Shown piece by piece: positions 1-8,371 of a stretch of 49,253 nucleotides of DNA. The position numbers were made by a program, and so were the translations under genes. How positions within the stretch are numbered: the stretch's first letter is position 1; every line of letters starts with the position of its first letter. The notes beneath the pieces were generated by a model that had not been told where the DNA came from, did not search any database, and worked only from the letters and a program-made list of their open reading frames with translations. This stretch comes from Candidatus Nealsonbacteria bacterium (lineage in GTDB: Bacteria; Patescibacteriota; Minisyncoccia; Minisyncoccales; MHMH01), in NCBI GenBank assembly GCA_016181985.1, contig JACOYG010000020.1, forward strand, positions 1 through 49,253, read 5' to 3'.

Positions 1-11
1 ACTTTACTCAC

Positions 12-43
12 TATCCGTTCCGTGCCATGGCACGGAACGGATA
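12..43. repeat. Cistron-junction palindrome, copy A (type I): perfect 32-nt dyad TATCCGTTCCGTGCCATGGCACGGAACGGATA
   Basis: Read directly. Perfect reverse-complement symmetry centred on CCATGG. Lies 4 nt downstream of the stop of CDS 48..629. Related copies at 640..674, 26405..26439 and 43660..43691. Confidence 0.9.
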
Positions 44-47
44 TAGC

Positions 48-629
48 TCAAGTTAATTTAAATATCCCTCTCCATTCCCTATCGTCACCGATATGTTCGA
101 CTATAATCAATCTCAATTCTTTATCGGACAAATTGAAAAAATTTTTTAATAATTCTATTTCCGCTTCACAATCAAATGGGTGGATCCAAATACTTTTTTG
201 AAAAGGACAAAAGCCTATTTCTTTTAGTTTTCCTCGCAAAGCCTCTCTGGAAAGTTTTTTTGTTTGAGCGATATCAAACATTATCATTCTCCATTTTTTG
301 TCCCACTTTTTTGGTTTAGTTATCTTTAAGCTATCAATTTGCAGCCAGCCGGCCTTTTTCTTTCCTTCGGTGGTCAAGGAAATATATATCTGATGATTTT
401 CTTTTTTAATACTGATTAAGCCCTGCTTCCTGAACTTATAAAAAGTACTGCTGATTTTTTGTTTCGGATATTTATTGAATTTCTTGCGAGCCGTAAGAAG
501 ATTAGTTATAAAATATGGAGAAGTTGCCGCAATAGCAACCGCGCCGGTAATCATTAGCCATTTAAAAACGTCTTTGGTAATCTCCGATTTTGGTTTTTTA
601 AAATAGTATTTATATTTTCCGACAGCCAT
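48..629 (-). CDS. Membrane-anchored PaaX-like / Cas2-fold regulator-like protein
   Basis: 193-aa ORF. N-terminal TM helix (VFKWLMITGAVAIAATSPYFITNLL), a winged-helix-like segment (FYKFRKQGLISI...LTTEGKKKA), and a C-terminal WDKKWRMIMFDIAQTKKLSREALRGKLKEIGFCPFQKSIWIHPFDC matching the PaaX C-terminal / Cas2-like ferredoxin-fold pattern. Assigned by motif recall only. Confidence 0.55.
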   Translation of the reverse strand: MAVGKYKYYFKKPKSEITKDVFKWLMITGAVAIAATSPYFITNLLTARKKFNKYPKQKISSTFYKFRKQGLISIKKENHQIYISLTTEGKKKAGWLQIDSLKITKPKKWDKKWRMIMFDIAQTKKLSREALRGKLKEIGFCPFQKSIWIHPFDCEAEIELLKNFFNLSDKELRLIIVEHIGDDREWRGIFKLT

Positions 630-639
630 ACTTTAATCC

Positions 640-674
640 TATATCCTAATTGAAGCCATGGCAAGGAACGGATA
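640..674 (-). repeat. Cistron-junction element, copy B (type II): reverse complement reads TATCCGTTCCTTGCCATGGCTTCAATTAGGATATA
   Basis: Read directly. 33/35 identical to copy C (26405..26439) in the same orientation relative to the downstream gene. Ends 10 nt upstream of the ATG of CDS 48..629. Confidence 0.85.
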
Positions 675-680
675 GTCCAA

Positions 681-712
681 CAAAAAAGGCGAGTTAAAAA
701 CCCGCCTTTTCT
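681..712 (-). terminator. Intrinsic terminator candidate downstream of CDS 718..1305
   Basis: The minus-strand RNA reads GGCGGG-UUUUUAA-CUCGCC (6-bp stem including one G-U) followed by UUUUUU. Starts 6 nt after the stop codon. Confidence 0.55.
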
Positions 713-717
713 TATTT

Positions 718-1305
718 TTAATGTTGTCCGAGTTGGCTGAAAGTGCTCAATAAAAGAGCGTTTATCTTCGGCTCAACTCGCTTATACGCTTGGCTGTCAA
801 GATACAACACATCATACCTACCACCGCCGCCAATGGTCAACACGGCCGGCACAAAAAAGATAAAAAGTGATACAATTCCCAAACTTACCACCCACCAATT
901 GAAAGTTGATCCCATTAAAAAAAGTGGTAAATACAGACCCGCCGTAGCCGCCATGAAGCAAGATATCATCATCGCTATTCTTTTCTTGTTATCTCGCGGA
1001 GCAATCCGGGAAATACGATCCTGACTAATACTAACTTCTATACCAATAGTTCGTATATCATTTTCTCCCAAATCATCCACGTCCACGATCAGTTCTTCCT
1101 GAACCCGGGAAAATCTTGTTTGGCGCTCGCCAAGCGGAATCCGCATCATAAGCCCGCGGTTTATCTCCACTTTTTTGACGGATCCCGGAGCAAGCCCGAT
1201 TTCAGAGAATCTCTCCACTTGCCAGCCTTGGCCTTCGGCGATATCTGCAATCGCCTCTATTATTTTTCTTCCACTAATTGCTTTATTTAGAACTATGGGT
1301 ATCAT
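718..1305 (-). CDS. Hypothetical protein with a ~115-aa cytoplasmic N-domain and two C-terminal TM helices
   Basis: ORF track 718..1338. Start moved to ATG 1305 (MIPIVLNK), which is preceded by GGAGG and overlaps the upstream stop as ATGA. TM segments are ISCFMAATAGLYLPLFLMG and WWVVSLGIVSLFIFFVPAVLTIG. No recognisable family. Confidence 0.6.
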   Translation of the reverse strand: MIPIVLNKAISGRKIIEAIADIAEGQGWQVERFSEIGLAPGSVKKVEINRGLMMRIPLGERQTRFSRVQEELIVDVDDLGENDIRTIGIEVSISQDRISRIAPRDNKKRIAMMISCFMAATAGLYLPLFLMGSTFNWWVVSLGIVSLFIFFVPAVLTIGGGGRYDVLYLDSQAYKRVEPKINALLLSTFSQLGQH

Positions 1306-1850
1306 TTTGCCTCCTTTCCATGTCGTGGCCAGAAACAAACATTCAAATCTTTAACTTCGAAGGCTATGGGAATACTTTTTAGTTCTTCTCTTGTAAAAAA
1401 CTTTACTTCCGCAAATTCGGTTACCGGCTTTGGCAGATCATCAACTTCCCACTCGAGTCCGAAATAAACTTTCACCAAAAGGCTTTTTCCACCAAGCTGA
1501 CAAATCGGCTTCAGGGGAACCAACTGCTCAACTCCGATATTCGGAGGAAGCTCAATATACCATTTTGCTTCTGCCAGGGCGAAACCCGCAGGAGTCAGAA
1601 GGGCTTGCTTATGACTCTCCGACATGCCCTGGATCGCATTCACCGGATCTCTAAGCGTCGCCGGAGAGCCAAATGCTAACGCAGATGATATATCCCTGCG
1701 AATAACCCCGAGTCCTGTCGGCAAACACCATTTACCGGCCTCAAATCTTACCGAATGAAGCCCCAAAAGAACTTGGGGTTCGGGCTTGCGTCGGTAAATC
1801 ACCAATCCGGCGACAATCGTTACCCAACCCGGCACTATGTATGCTTCCAC
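1302..1850 (-). CDS. Nudix-fold-like protein with a degenerate Nudix box
   Basis: 182-aa ORF. The N-terminus VAGLVIYRR..QVLLGLH...GKWCLPTG resembles the Nudix beta-strand and GG motif, but no canonical GX5EX7REUXEEXGU box is visible. ATGA-coupled to the next gene. Confidence 0.35.
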   Translation of the reverse strand: MEAYIVPGWVTIVAGLVIYRRKPEPQVLLGLHSVRFEAGKWCLPTGLGVIRRDISSALAFGSPATLRDPVNAIQGMSESHKQALLTPAGFALAEAKWYIELPPNIGVEQLVPLKPICQLGGKSLLVKVYFGLEWEVDDLPKPVTEFAEVKFFTREELKSIPIAFEVKDLNVCFWPRHGKEAK

Positions 1851-1933
1851 TTCTTGCCTCCTTTCTTTCCTCTAGGCATATTACCACCGACTCTCAAAAA
1901 ATCAAGATAACTATCCGTTTCGCGCATATCCTC

Positions 1934-3418
1934 TTATTTAAAATATTTCTCTTGGTAGATTTTTTTATATTTTTCGAATATCCGATTCCCTTCTTCGTCA
2001 AATTTTTCGGCTATTTTTATCTCCGGCCATTCAGACTTGGGAAATCTGACATACAAAAGAAACGTTCTTTGAAGACCCTTCAATTCTTCATAGCTTACGG
2101 TGTTCATTCGCAGTCTGCCCCCGTCTAACACATGATGAACTCCGTCTCCTTCCTTAAAATATCCCCTCTCAATACAGTATTTATATAAATCTGTTCCCTT
2201 ATATGGAGCAAAGATATAACAATTGATGGTGCGGGAATTAATCTGACGGTTTAGCTCAATCGTATCAAAAATCAAATCTCTCGTTTCGTCGGGAAAACCC
2301 ACGATATTATTGATGGTATAGGGTATCTCATATTGATCCACTATTTTCAAAGCTTCCACTATTTGCCGATTTGATCCATAACGCTTAAGAACTCTTTTGC
2401 GAAATTCTTCGTTACCGTGCTCAATTCCGAAGTTCATGCTGTTGCAGCCCATTTGTTTCAAAATTTTTATTTTTTCTTCGGTCACGGTTTCCGGCCTTGT
2501 TTGACACCAAAAAGGAACCTTAATCTCTTCTTGATATCTAAGAGCGAGCTCCCTTAATTCTTCTACGGGCTTCGCCAAAAATGTTTCAGAATTAAAATTA
2601 ATGTAATCGGGATTATATTTTTTGACTAAATACTTTAATTCGGCTATAAGCCGGTCCGTGCCCTTCCTTCTATAATAGATACCGCAGCCTTCCTCTTGAA
2701 ACAACCGCATTAATTGTGAAGACTCGCAATAAGTGCATTGATAAGGACAGCCCCTGCCCATTTCAACGTGAATTAAGGCAAGAACTTTCCCGAACATCGG
2801 CCTAACTAATCTCTGCCGTCCAAAAATATCATAATCAAGGAAGGGAAGCTTATTGACGTCAACGAGAGGCCTTAGGGAATTTTTAATAATTTTGCCGTCT
2901 TTTTTAATCCAAAGATTCTTTACGGTTGAATAATCTTCGCCTTCGGACATTTTCTGGCAAAGCTCCACTAAGGCCTCTTCTCCCTCGCCCATGCAAATCA
3001 TATTGACAGCGGAGTGATTAATAACTTCTTCTGGAGAAAAGGTGACAAAAACTCCGCCGGCTATCACCGGAATATTAAAACTCTTTATTTTTTCCAGTAA
3101 AGATTGAGCCAATTTCCAGGTATCTTCAACCAGCGTGATGGCAATTAAGTCCGGCTTGAAATCAGCGACTTTTTCCGCCAAATCATCGCAAATATCGCTT
3201 TCCTTGAGAAAAATCCCCTTTTCGGCAAGATTAAAAGGCTTTAACTGCAAAAGCTCCACTCTTCTTTGGTCAAAACTCATTTCTTCCGTTTTGTAAAAAG
3301 TGGTGTCAAACAAATCAACTTCGAAGCCCTTTTCCTTCAAACAGGCGGACAGCAAAGGAAGGTGCACCGGCACCAAACTGTCAAGCATTATGTTCGGATA
3401 TATAAATAATATCTTCAT
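1934..3418 (-). CDS. B12-binding domain radical SAM protein (class B), paralogue 1
   Basis: 494 aa. N-terminal MKILFIYPN...PLLSACLKEKG Rossmann-like segment with a GEGE motif, a GRGCPYQCTYC CxxxCxxC cluster, and GIEHGNEEFRK. The tail WPEIKIAEKFDEEGN is shared with CDS 3539..5044. Confidence 0.85.
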   Translation of the reverse strand: MKILFIYPNIMLDSLVPVHLPLLSACLKEKGFEVDLFDTTFYKTEEMSFDQRRVELLQLKPFNLAEKGIFLKESDICDDLAEKVADFKPDLIAITLVEDTWKLAQSLLEKIKSFNIPVIAGGVFVTFSPEEVINHSAVNMICMGEGEEALVELCQKMSEGEDYSTVKNLWIKKDGKIIKNSLRPLVDVNKLPFLDYDIFGRQRLVRPMFGKVLALIHVEMGRGCPYQCTYCESSQLMRLFQEEGCGIYYRRKGTDRLIAELKYLVKKYNPDYINFNSETFLAKPVEELRELALRYQEEIKVPFWCQTRPETVTEEKIKILKQMGCNSMNFGIEHGNEEFRKRVLKRYGSNRQIVEALKIVDQYEIPYTINNIVGFPDETRDLIFDTIELNRQINSRTINCYIFAPYKGTDLYKYCIERGYFKEGDGVHHVLDGGRLRMNTVSYEELKGLQRTFLLYVRFPKSEWPEIKIAEKFDEEGNRIFEKYKKIYQEKYFK

Positions 3419-3487
3419 GTTTCAACTACTTAAAATTAACATTTTAGAAATTTTTTTGCAATAAGCGCAAAAATTCATAAAGTTCCC

Positions 3488-3516
3488 TTTACAAGTTCGC
3501 GCCAACGGGTTAAGAT
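3488..3516 (+). promoter_or_regulatory. Candidate sigma70-type promoter for CDS 3539..5044 within a 120-nt divergent intergenic region
   Basis: TTTACA (3488-3493), 17-nt spacer, TAAGAT (3511-3516), 22 nt before the ATG. The same region must also hold the promoter for 1934..3418 (possible TTGCGC-18-TAAAAT on the minus strand). Confidence 0.35.
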
Positions 3517-3538
3517 GAGCTAAATTTCAAATTAATTT

Positions 3539-5044
3539 ATGGACCAAGATAAAAAAACGGTGCTGATAATATATCCCGCGTCTTTCAAATTATCGGGATT
3601 GCATATCGGCATAGCTTCATTAAGCGGCGCCCTGAAAAAAAGAGGCTATTTTGTCAAAATTTTTGACACGGTTTTTTATGATTTATTCGGCCAGCAGGAA
3701 TGGGACAAGTTAAGGTCCGACAGGCTAATGTCTAAAAAAATTGTTAACGAAAAAGAACACTGGAAAGTTAAAACCACGGATATGAAAGAAGATCTGATAA
3801 GAATTCTTGACGAGTTTAAACCGAAAATAATCGGCTTATCAATGACAGAACCGGTTTATGACTTAAGTCTGACATTATCCCGCCTGGCAAAGGAAAGATG
3901 CCCGGACGCCATGATCGTAGCCGGCGGCGTTTTCCCTACCCTCTCACCGGACCTTGTCATTAAAGAAAACTCAATTGATGTTCTTTGCGTCGGCGAAGGC
4001 GAACTGGCCCTGCCCGAATTATGCGACAGAGTTTATGAAAAAAAAGATTTTTTTGACATTCCCGGATTATGGGTAAAAGACGGAGGGAAAATTTACAAAA
4101 ATAATCCGGCTAAACTCCAGGATATCAATGATCTGCCTCATCCGGACTTTTCTGTTTTTGACGAGCAAATATTTTATAAAGCGATGCAGGGGAAACTTTA
4201 TAAAATGGCGAATATTGAAACTTCGCGAGGCTGTCCCTATAACTGTTCTTACTGCTCCTCTCCTTACCTGAAAGAATTTTCTTTTAAAAATGAGATCGGC
4301 AGCTATTACAGAAATCTGAAAATGGAAAAAATTATCGAACAAATGCATTATCAGATAGAAAAACACTCCCCGGAATTTATTTATTTCTCAAGCGAAACAT
4401 TTCTGGCGATGCCAAAAAGAGATTTTGATATGTTCATTGAAGAGTATAAAAAAATCAGAATACCGTTTTGGTTCCAAACCCGTTTTGAAACAATAACCGA
4501 AGAGCGCATAAAAGCATTGAAAGACGTCGGCATGTTTTGGCTGACCATGGGAATTGAGCATGGCAACGAAGAATTTAGAAAAAATGTTTTAAAAAGGGCT
4601 TGTCCGGACAGGGTAATTATTGAAGGAGCCGGCATCCTGACAAAATGCGGCGTAGGGGCCTCCTTTAATAACATGATCGGATTCCCTTTCGAAAATCGGG
4701 AACTTATCTTTGAGACAATTAAGCTGAATAAAAAACTATTTGAAATCAGTCCCAATTTTGAATCCAATGTTTTTATGTTCCTCCCATATAAGGGAACTGA
4801 ACTATACGATCTTTGCCGGAGAAACGGCCTTTTGTCTGCTGAAATTTGTTCTCATGGACATAGTTTGAGCGATGAGAGTATTTTAAATTTTCCGGAAGAA
4901 TATAAGCAAGAGCTGAAGGGCTTAATGAAAACATTCAACCTTTACGTCAAGCTCCCCGAGAAATACTGGCCGGAAATAAAAATAGCCGAGCGTTCCGATG
5001 AGGAAGGTAATGCAACATTCAACCGCTTATCGCAATTGCTGTAG
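3539..5044 (+). CDS. B12-binding domain radical SAM protein (class B), paralogue 2
   Basis: 501 aa. VLIIYPASF...IASLSGALKKRG, GEGE, SRGCPYNCSYC, GIEHGNEEFRK, and the tail WPEIKIAERSDEEGN. Transcribed divergently from its closest paralogue, 1934..3418. Confidence 0.85.
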   Translation: MDQDKKTVLIIYPASFKLSGLHIGIASLSGALKKRGYFVKIFDTVFYDLFGQQEWDKLRSDRLMSKKIVNEKEHWKVKTTDMKEDLIRILDEFKPKIIGLSMTEPVYDLSLTLSRLAKERCPDAMIVAGGVFPTLSPDLVIKENSIDVLCVGEGELALPELCDRVYEKKDFFDIPGLWVKDGGKIYKNNPAKLQDINDLPHPDFSVFDEQIFYKAMQGKLYKMANIETSRGCPYNCSYCSSPYLKEFSFKNEIGSYYRNLKMEKIIEQMHYQIEKHSPEFIYFSSETFLAMPKRDFDMFIEEYKKIRIPFWFQTRFETITEERIKALKDVGMFWLTMGIEHGNEEFRKNVLKRACPDRVIIEGAGILTKCGVGASFNNMIGFPFENRELIFETIKLNKKLFEISPNFESNVFMFLPYKGTELYDLCRRNGLLSAEICSHGHSLSDESILNFPEEYKQELKGLMKTFNLYVKLPEKYWPEIKIAERSDEEGNATFNRLSQLL

Positions 5045-6211
5045 CAATGATTTATACCAAGAAAGAGTTTTAGCGACGTGGGTGTCTAAATTGAAATCCT
5101 TTTTAACTCGCTCGTAGCCGGCTTGGCCTAATTTTTTTGCCTTTTGCGGATGTTCCAGCAGATCAATGATTTTTTTTGCCATCAATTCGGCATTAAGCGG
5201 ATTGACCGCATAGCCGGTCAGGCCATCTTTCACTATCTCGGGACTGCCGCCGTAACAAGTAGCAATTACCGGCTTTTTACAGGCCATGGCTTCCAAATTG
5301 CTCCTGGGAAATGGATCTAAATAAATTGACGGCACGACAACAATATCGGCTGACCAGTAAGCGGCTTTTAATTCATCGCCCTCAAGCCAGCCAATACCTT
5401 CTTTTCCGGCAACCAATAAAACAGCTTTGGGCACTTCTTTTTTGACCATATCCATCGCCCGATCAATCTGGCCCAATCCCTTTAAGCCGGAAATTCGGCC
5501 GCCGAAAAAAACTATTTTTTTCCCTAGAAGCCCGCGCTTTTTCTTAAATTTCCTCACGGCATCTTGGCCTATCTTCCAATCGGCAACATCTATGCCCGTA
5601 TAAACGGTTTCCACGTTTTGTATGCCGTTTTGGTTTAAAGCATCTTTCAAGGCATTGCTCACGCTAAAAATTTTATCGGCGTTTTTCAAATATTTTCTGA
5701 TTAAAAAATTTCTAACGGGATTATATCTTTTTTGAGCTTGTTTTAAATTATCCAGCCAAGAAACCTTGGCATCAAAATTATTCAAATAACGTCGGGTCGC
5801 CAATTTACCGTAAGTAAACTCCATGGTGTCCCGCGCCGTGAAAAAAACCGGCTTCTTGAATTCTTTGGCTATTTTCAAGCAATGGTAAGAAAGATACCAA
5901 TTAATATTATGGGCGTGAATAACATCCGGGCTTATTTTTTCAATAAGATACCTGACTTTTCCGACTGCTTGGGGATTATATAAGCTTAAATACGCCCGCC
6001 ATCTTTCATGATAATTGGCGAAAATTCGGAAAATTTGCAAACCCTGATATTTAAAATTTTTCTCGCCGGATTTATCTTGGCAAGTGGTAACAACAAAAAC
6101 TTCGCAACCTGCCTTTTGCAATCCGCGGGCCAAACCAAAAACGGAAAAACCGGCCCCTCCCATGCTTAGGGGCGGAAAATTACCGGCTAAAATTAAAATC
6201 TTAATCCTCAT
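5027..6211 (-). CDS. Glycosyltransferase family 4 (GT-B, retaining type)
   Basis: 394 aa. N-terminal GGAGFSVFGLARGLQKAGCEV and a C-terminal E-x7-E region NLEAMACKKPVIATCYGGSPEIVKDGLTGY. ATGA overlap with the upstream gene. Confidence 0.85.
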   Translation of the reverse strand: MRIKILILAGNFPPLSMGGAGFSVFGLARGLQKAGCEVFVVTTCQDKSGEKNFKYQGLQIFRIFANYHERWRAYLSLYNPQAVGKVRYLIEKISPDVIHAHNINWYLSYHCLKIAKEFKKPVFFTARDTMEFTYGKLATRRYLNNFDAKVSWLDNLKQAQKRYNPVRNFLIRKYLKNADKIFSVSNALKDALNQNGIQNVETVYTGIDVADWKIGQDAVRKFKKKRGLLGKKIVFFGGRISGLKGLGQIDRAMDMVKKEVPKAVLLVAGKEGIGWLEGDELKAAYWSADIVVVPSIYLDPFPRSNLEAMACKKPVIATCYGGSPEIVKDGLTGYAVNPLNAELMAKKIIDLLEHPQKAKKLGQAGYERVKKDFNLDTHVAKTLSWYKSLLQQLR

Positions 6212-7563
6212 GTCTTTAAAAGCGACCCCGCTGACTTATAAATAAATTTGGCGAAAAATCGCAGCCGCGGCCTGGAAATGACAAAATTCTTCAGTTGCTC
6301 CTTTTTTTCTAAAATAGCCTTCTTAACATCGTAATGCTTATAAATGTTGAATTTAAAATTTTGGACGGCCAACTCTATTTCTTTTCTGGAAATAGTGGGA
6401 AGTTCCAGAATAGATTTTTTAAAATAAGTGTCGGCTGAACCGCTCCCTATAAGGCCTTCCTTTATGCATTTTTCCCCTAAAATTGTCCCGGGGCGAAGCC
6501 GAATATTTAAATTAACGGCCTCTTCTATGCTCTTTTTTGTCTCGCCGGGAATGCCGATAATATTAAAAGAATATGTTTTTAATCCGAGGTTTTTCGCTTT
6601 TTTGAAAAGTTCAATAATATCTTGATTGCTGATGCTCCTGCCTAGGGCCTCTTTCCTTAATAATTCATTGCCCGATTCAACGCCAACCTTAATCATGCTG
6701 CAGCCCCCTGCCTTAAGAGCGGCCAGTGATTCGTCGTCCACGCTGCCCGGCCGGATATTGCATTCAAAAGTCATATTAAAATTCTTAGGAAACTTGCCGC
6801 AGAATTCCAGCAGCCAATTTTTGTTTAAAGAAAAGGTGTCATCATCGAGTTTAATATGGCGGAAATTATAATTTTTCTTAAGATCCGCGATCTCTTCAAT
6901 TGCTTTATCCACGCTGCGGAATCTCAAATATTTTCCCAAGCCGGCATATTTTTTATTTAAAGCATGATTGCAGCAGTAAGTGCAATTAAACGGACAGCCC
7001 CGGGAAAAAATGAACCTGGGCATTATCTCTTTTTGTTCATATTTTTTGAAATAACGGAAAATGCGCCTATCGGGAAAAGGAAGTTTATCCAAATCCTCCA
7101 TTAATTTTCGGGATTCATTTTTAATAATTTCCCGGCCCCGCCGAAACCAAAAATTTTTAGTATTAAAATAATCCTCTCCTTTCTGCATCTTATCAATCAA
7201 CTCCAAAAATGATTCCTCTCCCTCCCCCAAACAGACTCCGTCAAATGCCTCCTCTTTCTCTAATGACTCCGGAAATAAAATTATATGTGTCCCTCCGACA
7301 AAAATAGGAATCTGCCGCGCTTTTTTTATAGTTCGGGCGATTTCCCGGGCATGAGAAAATTGATGGGAATTAGTGGAAATACCTATCACATCCGGCCGGC
7401 TTTCTTCTATTCGCTTCAAAAGTTCTGCTTGCTGGCTTAAATTATCTATTTCAAATAAATCAACTTTATGCCCGGCCTTTTTCAAAACTGCCGACATTGA
7501 GGCAATGCCGACGCTCCAAAGGCCGGCTGACCCGATTTGGGGAAAAATAAATAATATTTTCAT
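6208..7563 (-). CDS. B12-binding domain radical SAM protein (class B), paralogue 3
   Basis: Track ORF 6208..7578 begins at a TTG. I prefer ATG 7563 (MKILFIFPQIG), 1 nt after the upstream stop. Motifs GEGE, SRGCPFNCTYC, GVESGNELLRK. The region around the usual PYPGT motif looks shortened (RLRPGTILGEK). Confidence 0.8.
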   Translation of the reverse strand: MKILFIFPQIGSAGLWSVGIASMSAVLKKAGHKVDLFEIDNLSQQAELLKRIEESRPDVIGISTNSHQFSHAREIARTIKKARQIPIFVGGTHIILFPESLEKEEAFDGVCLGEGEESFLELIDKMQKGEDYFNTKNFWFRRGREIIKNESRKLMEDLDKLPFPDRRIFRYFKKYEQKEIMPRFIFSRGCPFNCTYCCNHALNKKYAGLGKYLRFRSVDKAIEEIADLKKNYNFRHIKLDDDTFSLNKNWLLEFCGKFPKNFNMTFECNIRPGSVDDESLAALKAGGCSMIKVGVESGNELLRKEALGRSISNQDIIELFKKAKNLGLKTYSFNIIGIPGETKKSIEEAVNLNIRLRPGTILGEKCIKEGLIGSGSADTYFKKSILELPTISRKEIELAVQNFKFNIYKHYDVKKAILEKKEQLKNFVISRPRLRFFAKFIYKSAGSLLKT

Positions 7564-7564
7564 T

Positions 7565-8371
7565 TTACTTAATTGCAATGAATACCGTGTGCCGCTTATT
7601 ATAAAAACGCCCTTCCTGAAAAATACGCGAAAGAAGGACTCCCAAAGATTCTCTGAATAAGCCGCCGCAGCCGCGCTGTTTTTTTATCTCGAAAATTCTG
7701 GTAATTTTATTTTGGGACTTAAAAGGTATTGCGTCTTTTTCTTTGTTATCGCCGATTACGCCTTTTAAATTATCGCTCTCGTTGAATATTTTTATTATCT
7801 TAAAACCGGTTCCGCCGACAATCTTTTTCGCCTCATTGCGAGTAAAAGCGTAAGGGTGTCCCCAGTTGCCCCTGCCTATGCTTTCTAAAAATACCTTGAC
7901 CGGCTTGACCCACCAAGGAAAAGTATCAACCGTTAAAAACAAGAAGCCCTGCCTTTTTGCGGCTCTGCGCATTTCGGATAAAGTTTTGAGAGGATCTTGA
8001 ATATGATCTATAAAATTCGTAGAAATTATCACATCAAAAAAATCATCGGGGAACGGCAAATTCTCTCCGCGTCCTTCCACCCATCTAACCTCTTTATGCA
8101 TATCAAAATTCTGCAGAAAATAATTCATCAGCGTATCCAAGCCGTACCTTTCTCCTTGATCAAGGTAATTAATCAAGCCGCCCAGTCCGCAACCTACATC
8201 TAAAATTTTACTATCGGGGCCGAAATTTACGTATTTTTTTAACAAATCTGCCTGGTATCTGCGGTATTCGCCGGTTCTTTCTTGCCGCTCGCGATTGCCC
8301 TTCCATCTCTTTTCCCAGTGGTCCTTATGGGCTTTTTGAGCCAATTCGTATCTTTGGTTTGAAATAATCAT
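7565..8371 (-). CDS. Class I SAM-dependent methyltransferase (Methyltransf_11-like)
   Basis: Motif I ILDVGCGLGGLINYL, plus FDVIISTNFIDHIQDP and RQGFLFLTV. Start set at ATG 8371 (MIISNQRYEL), which forms an ATGA overlap with the stop of 8368..9306. The track start 8407 would overlap the upstream gene by 40 nt. Confidence 0.8.
   Translation of the reverse strand: MIISNQRYELAQKAHKDHWEKRWKGNRERQERTGEYRRYQADLLKKYVNFGPDSKILDVGCGLGGLINYLDQGERYGLDTLMNYFLQNFDMHKEVRWVEGRGENLPFPDDFFDVIISTNFIDHIQDPLKTLSEMRRAAKRQGFLFLTVDTFPWWVKPVKVFLESIGRGNWGHPYAFTRNEAKKIVGGTGFKIIKIFNESDNLKGVIGDNKEKDAIPFKSQNKITRIFEIKKQRGCGGLFRESLGVLLSRIFQEGRFYNKRHTVFIAIK

Noticed and set aside
48-629. Cas2-like C-terminal domain as evidence for a CRISPR-Cas system
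   Set aside because: The Cas2-like fold is also the C-terminal domain of PaaX-type regulators. The protein has a TM helix and a winged-helix-like segment, and there is no cas1, effector genes or array in the window.
743-1024. Antisense or shadow ORFs throughout the track, e.g. 743..1024, 1430..1654, 4067..4767, 6428..6871, 11680..12142, 12659..12934, 14900..15665, 39615..40380, 42354..43022, 44306..44741
   Set aside because: Each lies wholly inside a longer ORF on the opposite strand that has clear family motifs. Their translations are low-complexity with no recognisable motifs, so they are treated as non-coding shadows.
1911-1931. Possible fifth, decayed copy of the junction element (CTATCCGTTTCGCGCATATCC) in the 1851-1933 intergenic region
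   Set aside because: Only about 9 contiguous nt match the element arm and there is no dyad symmetry. A match of that length is expected by chance in about 100 kb of two-strand sequence.
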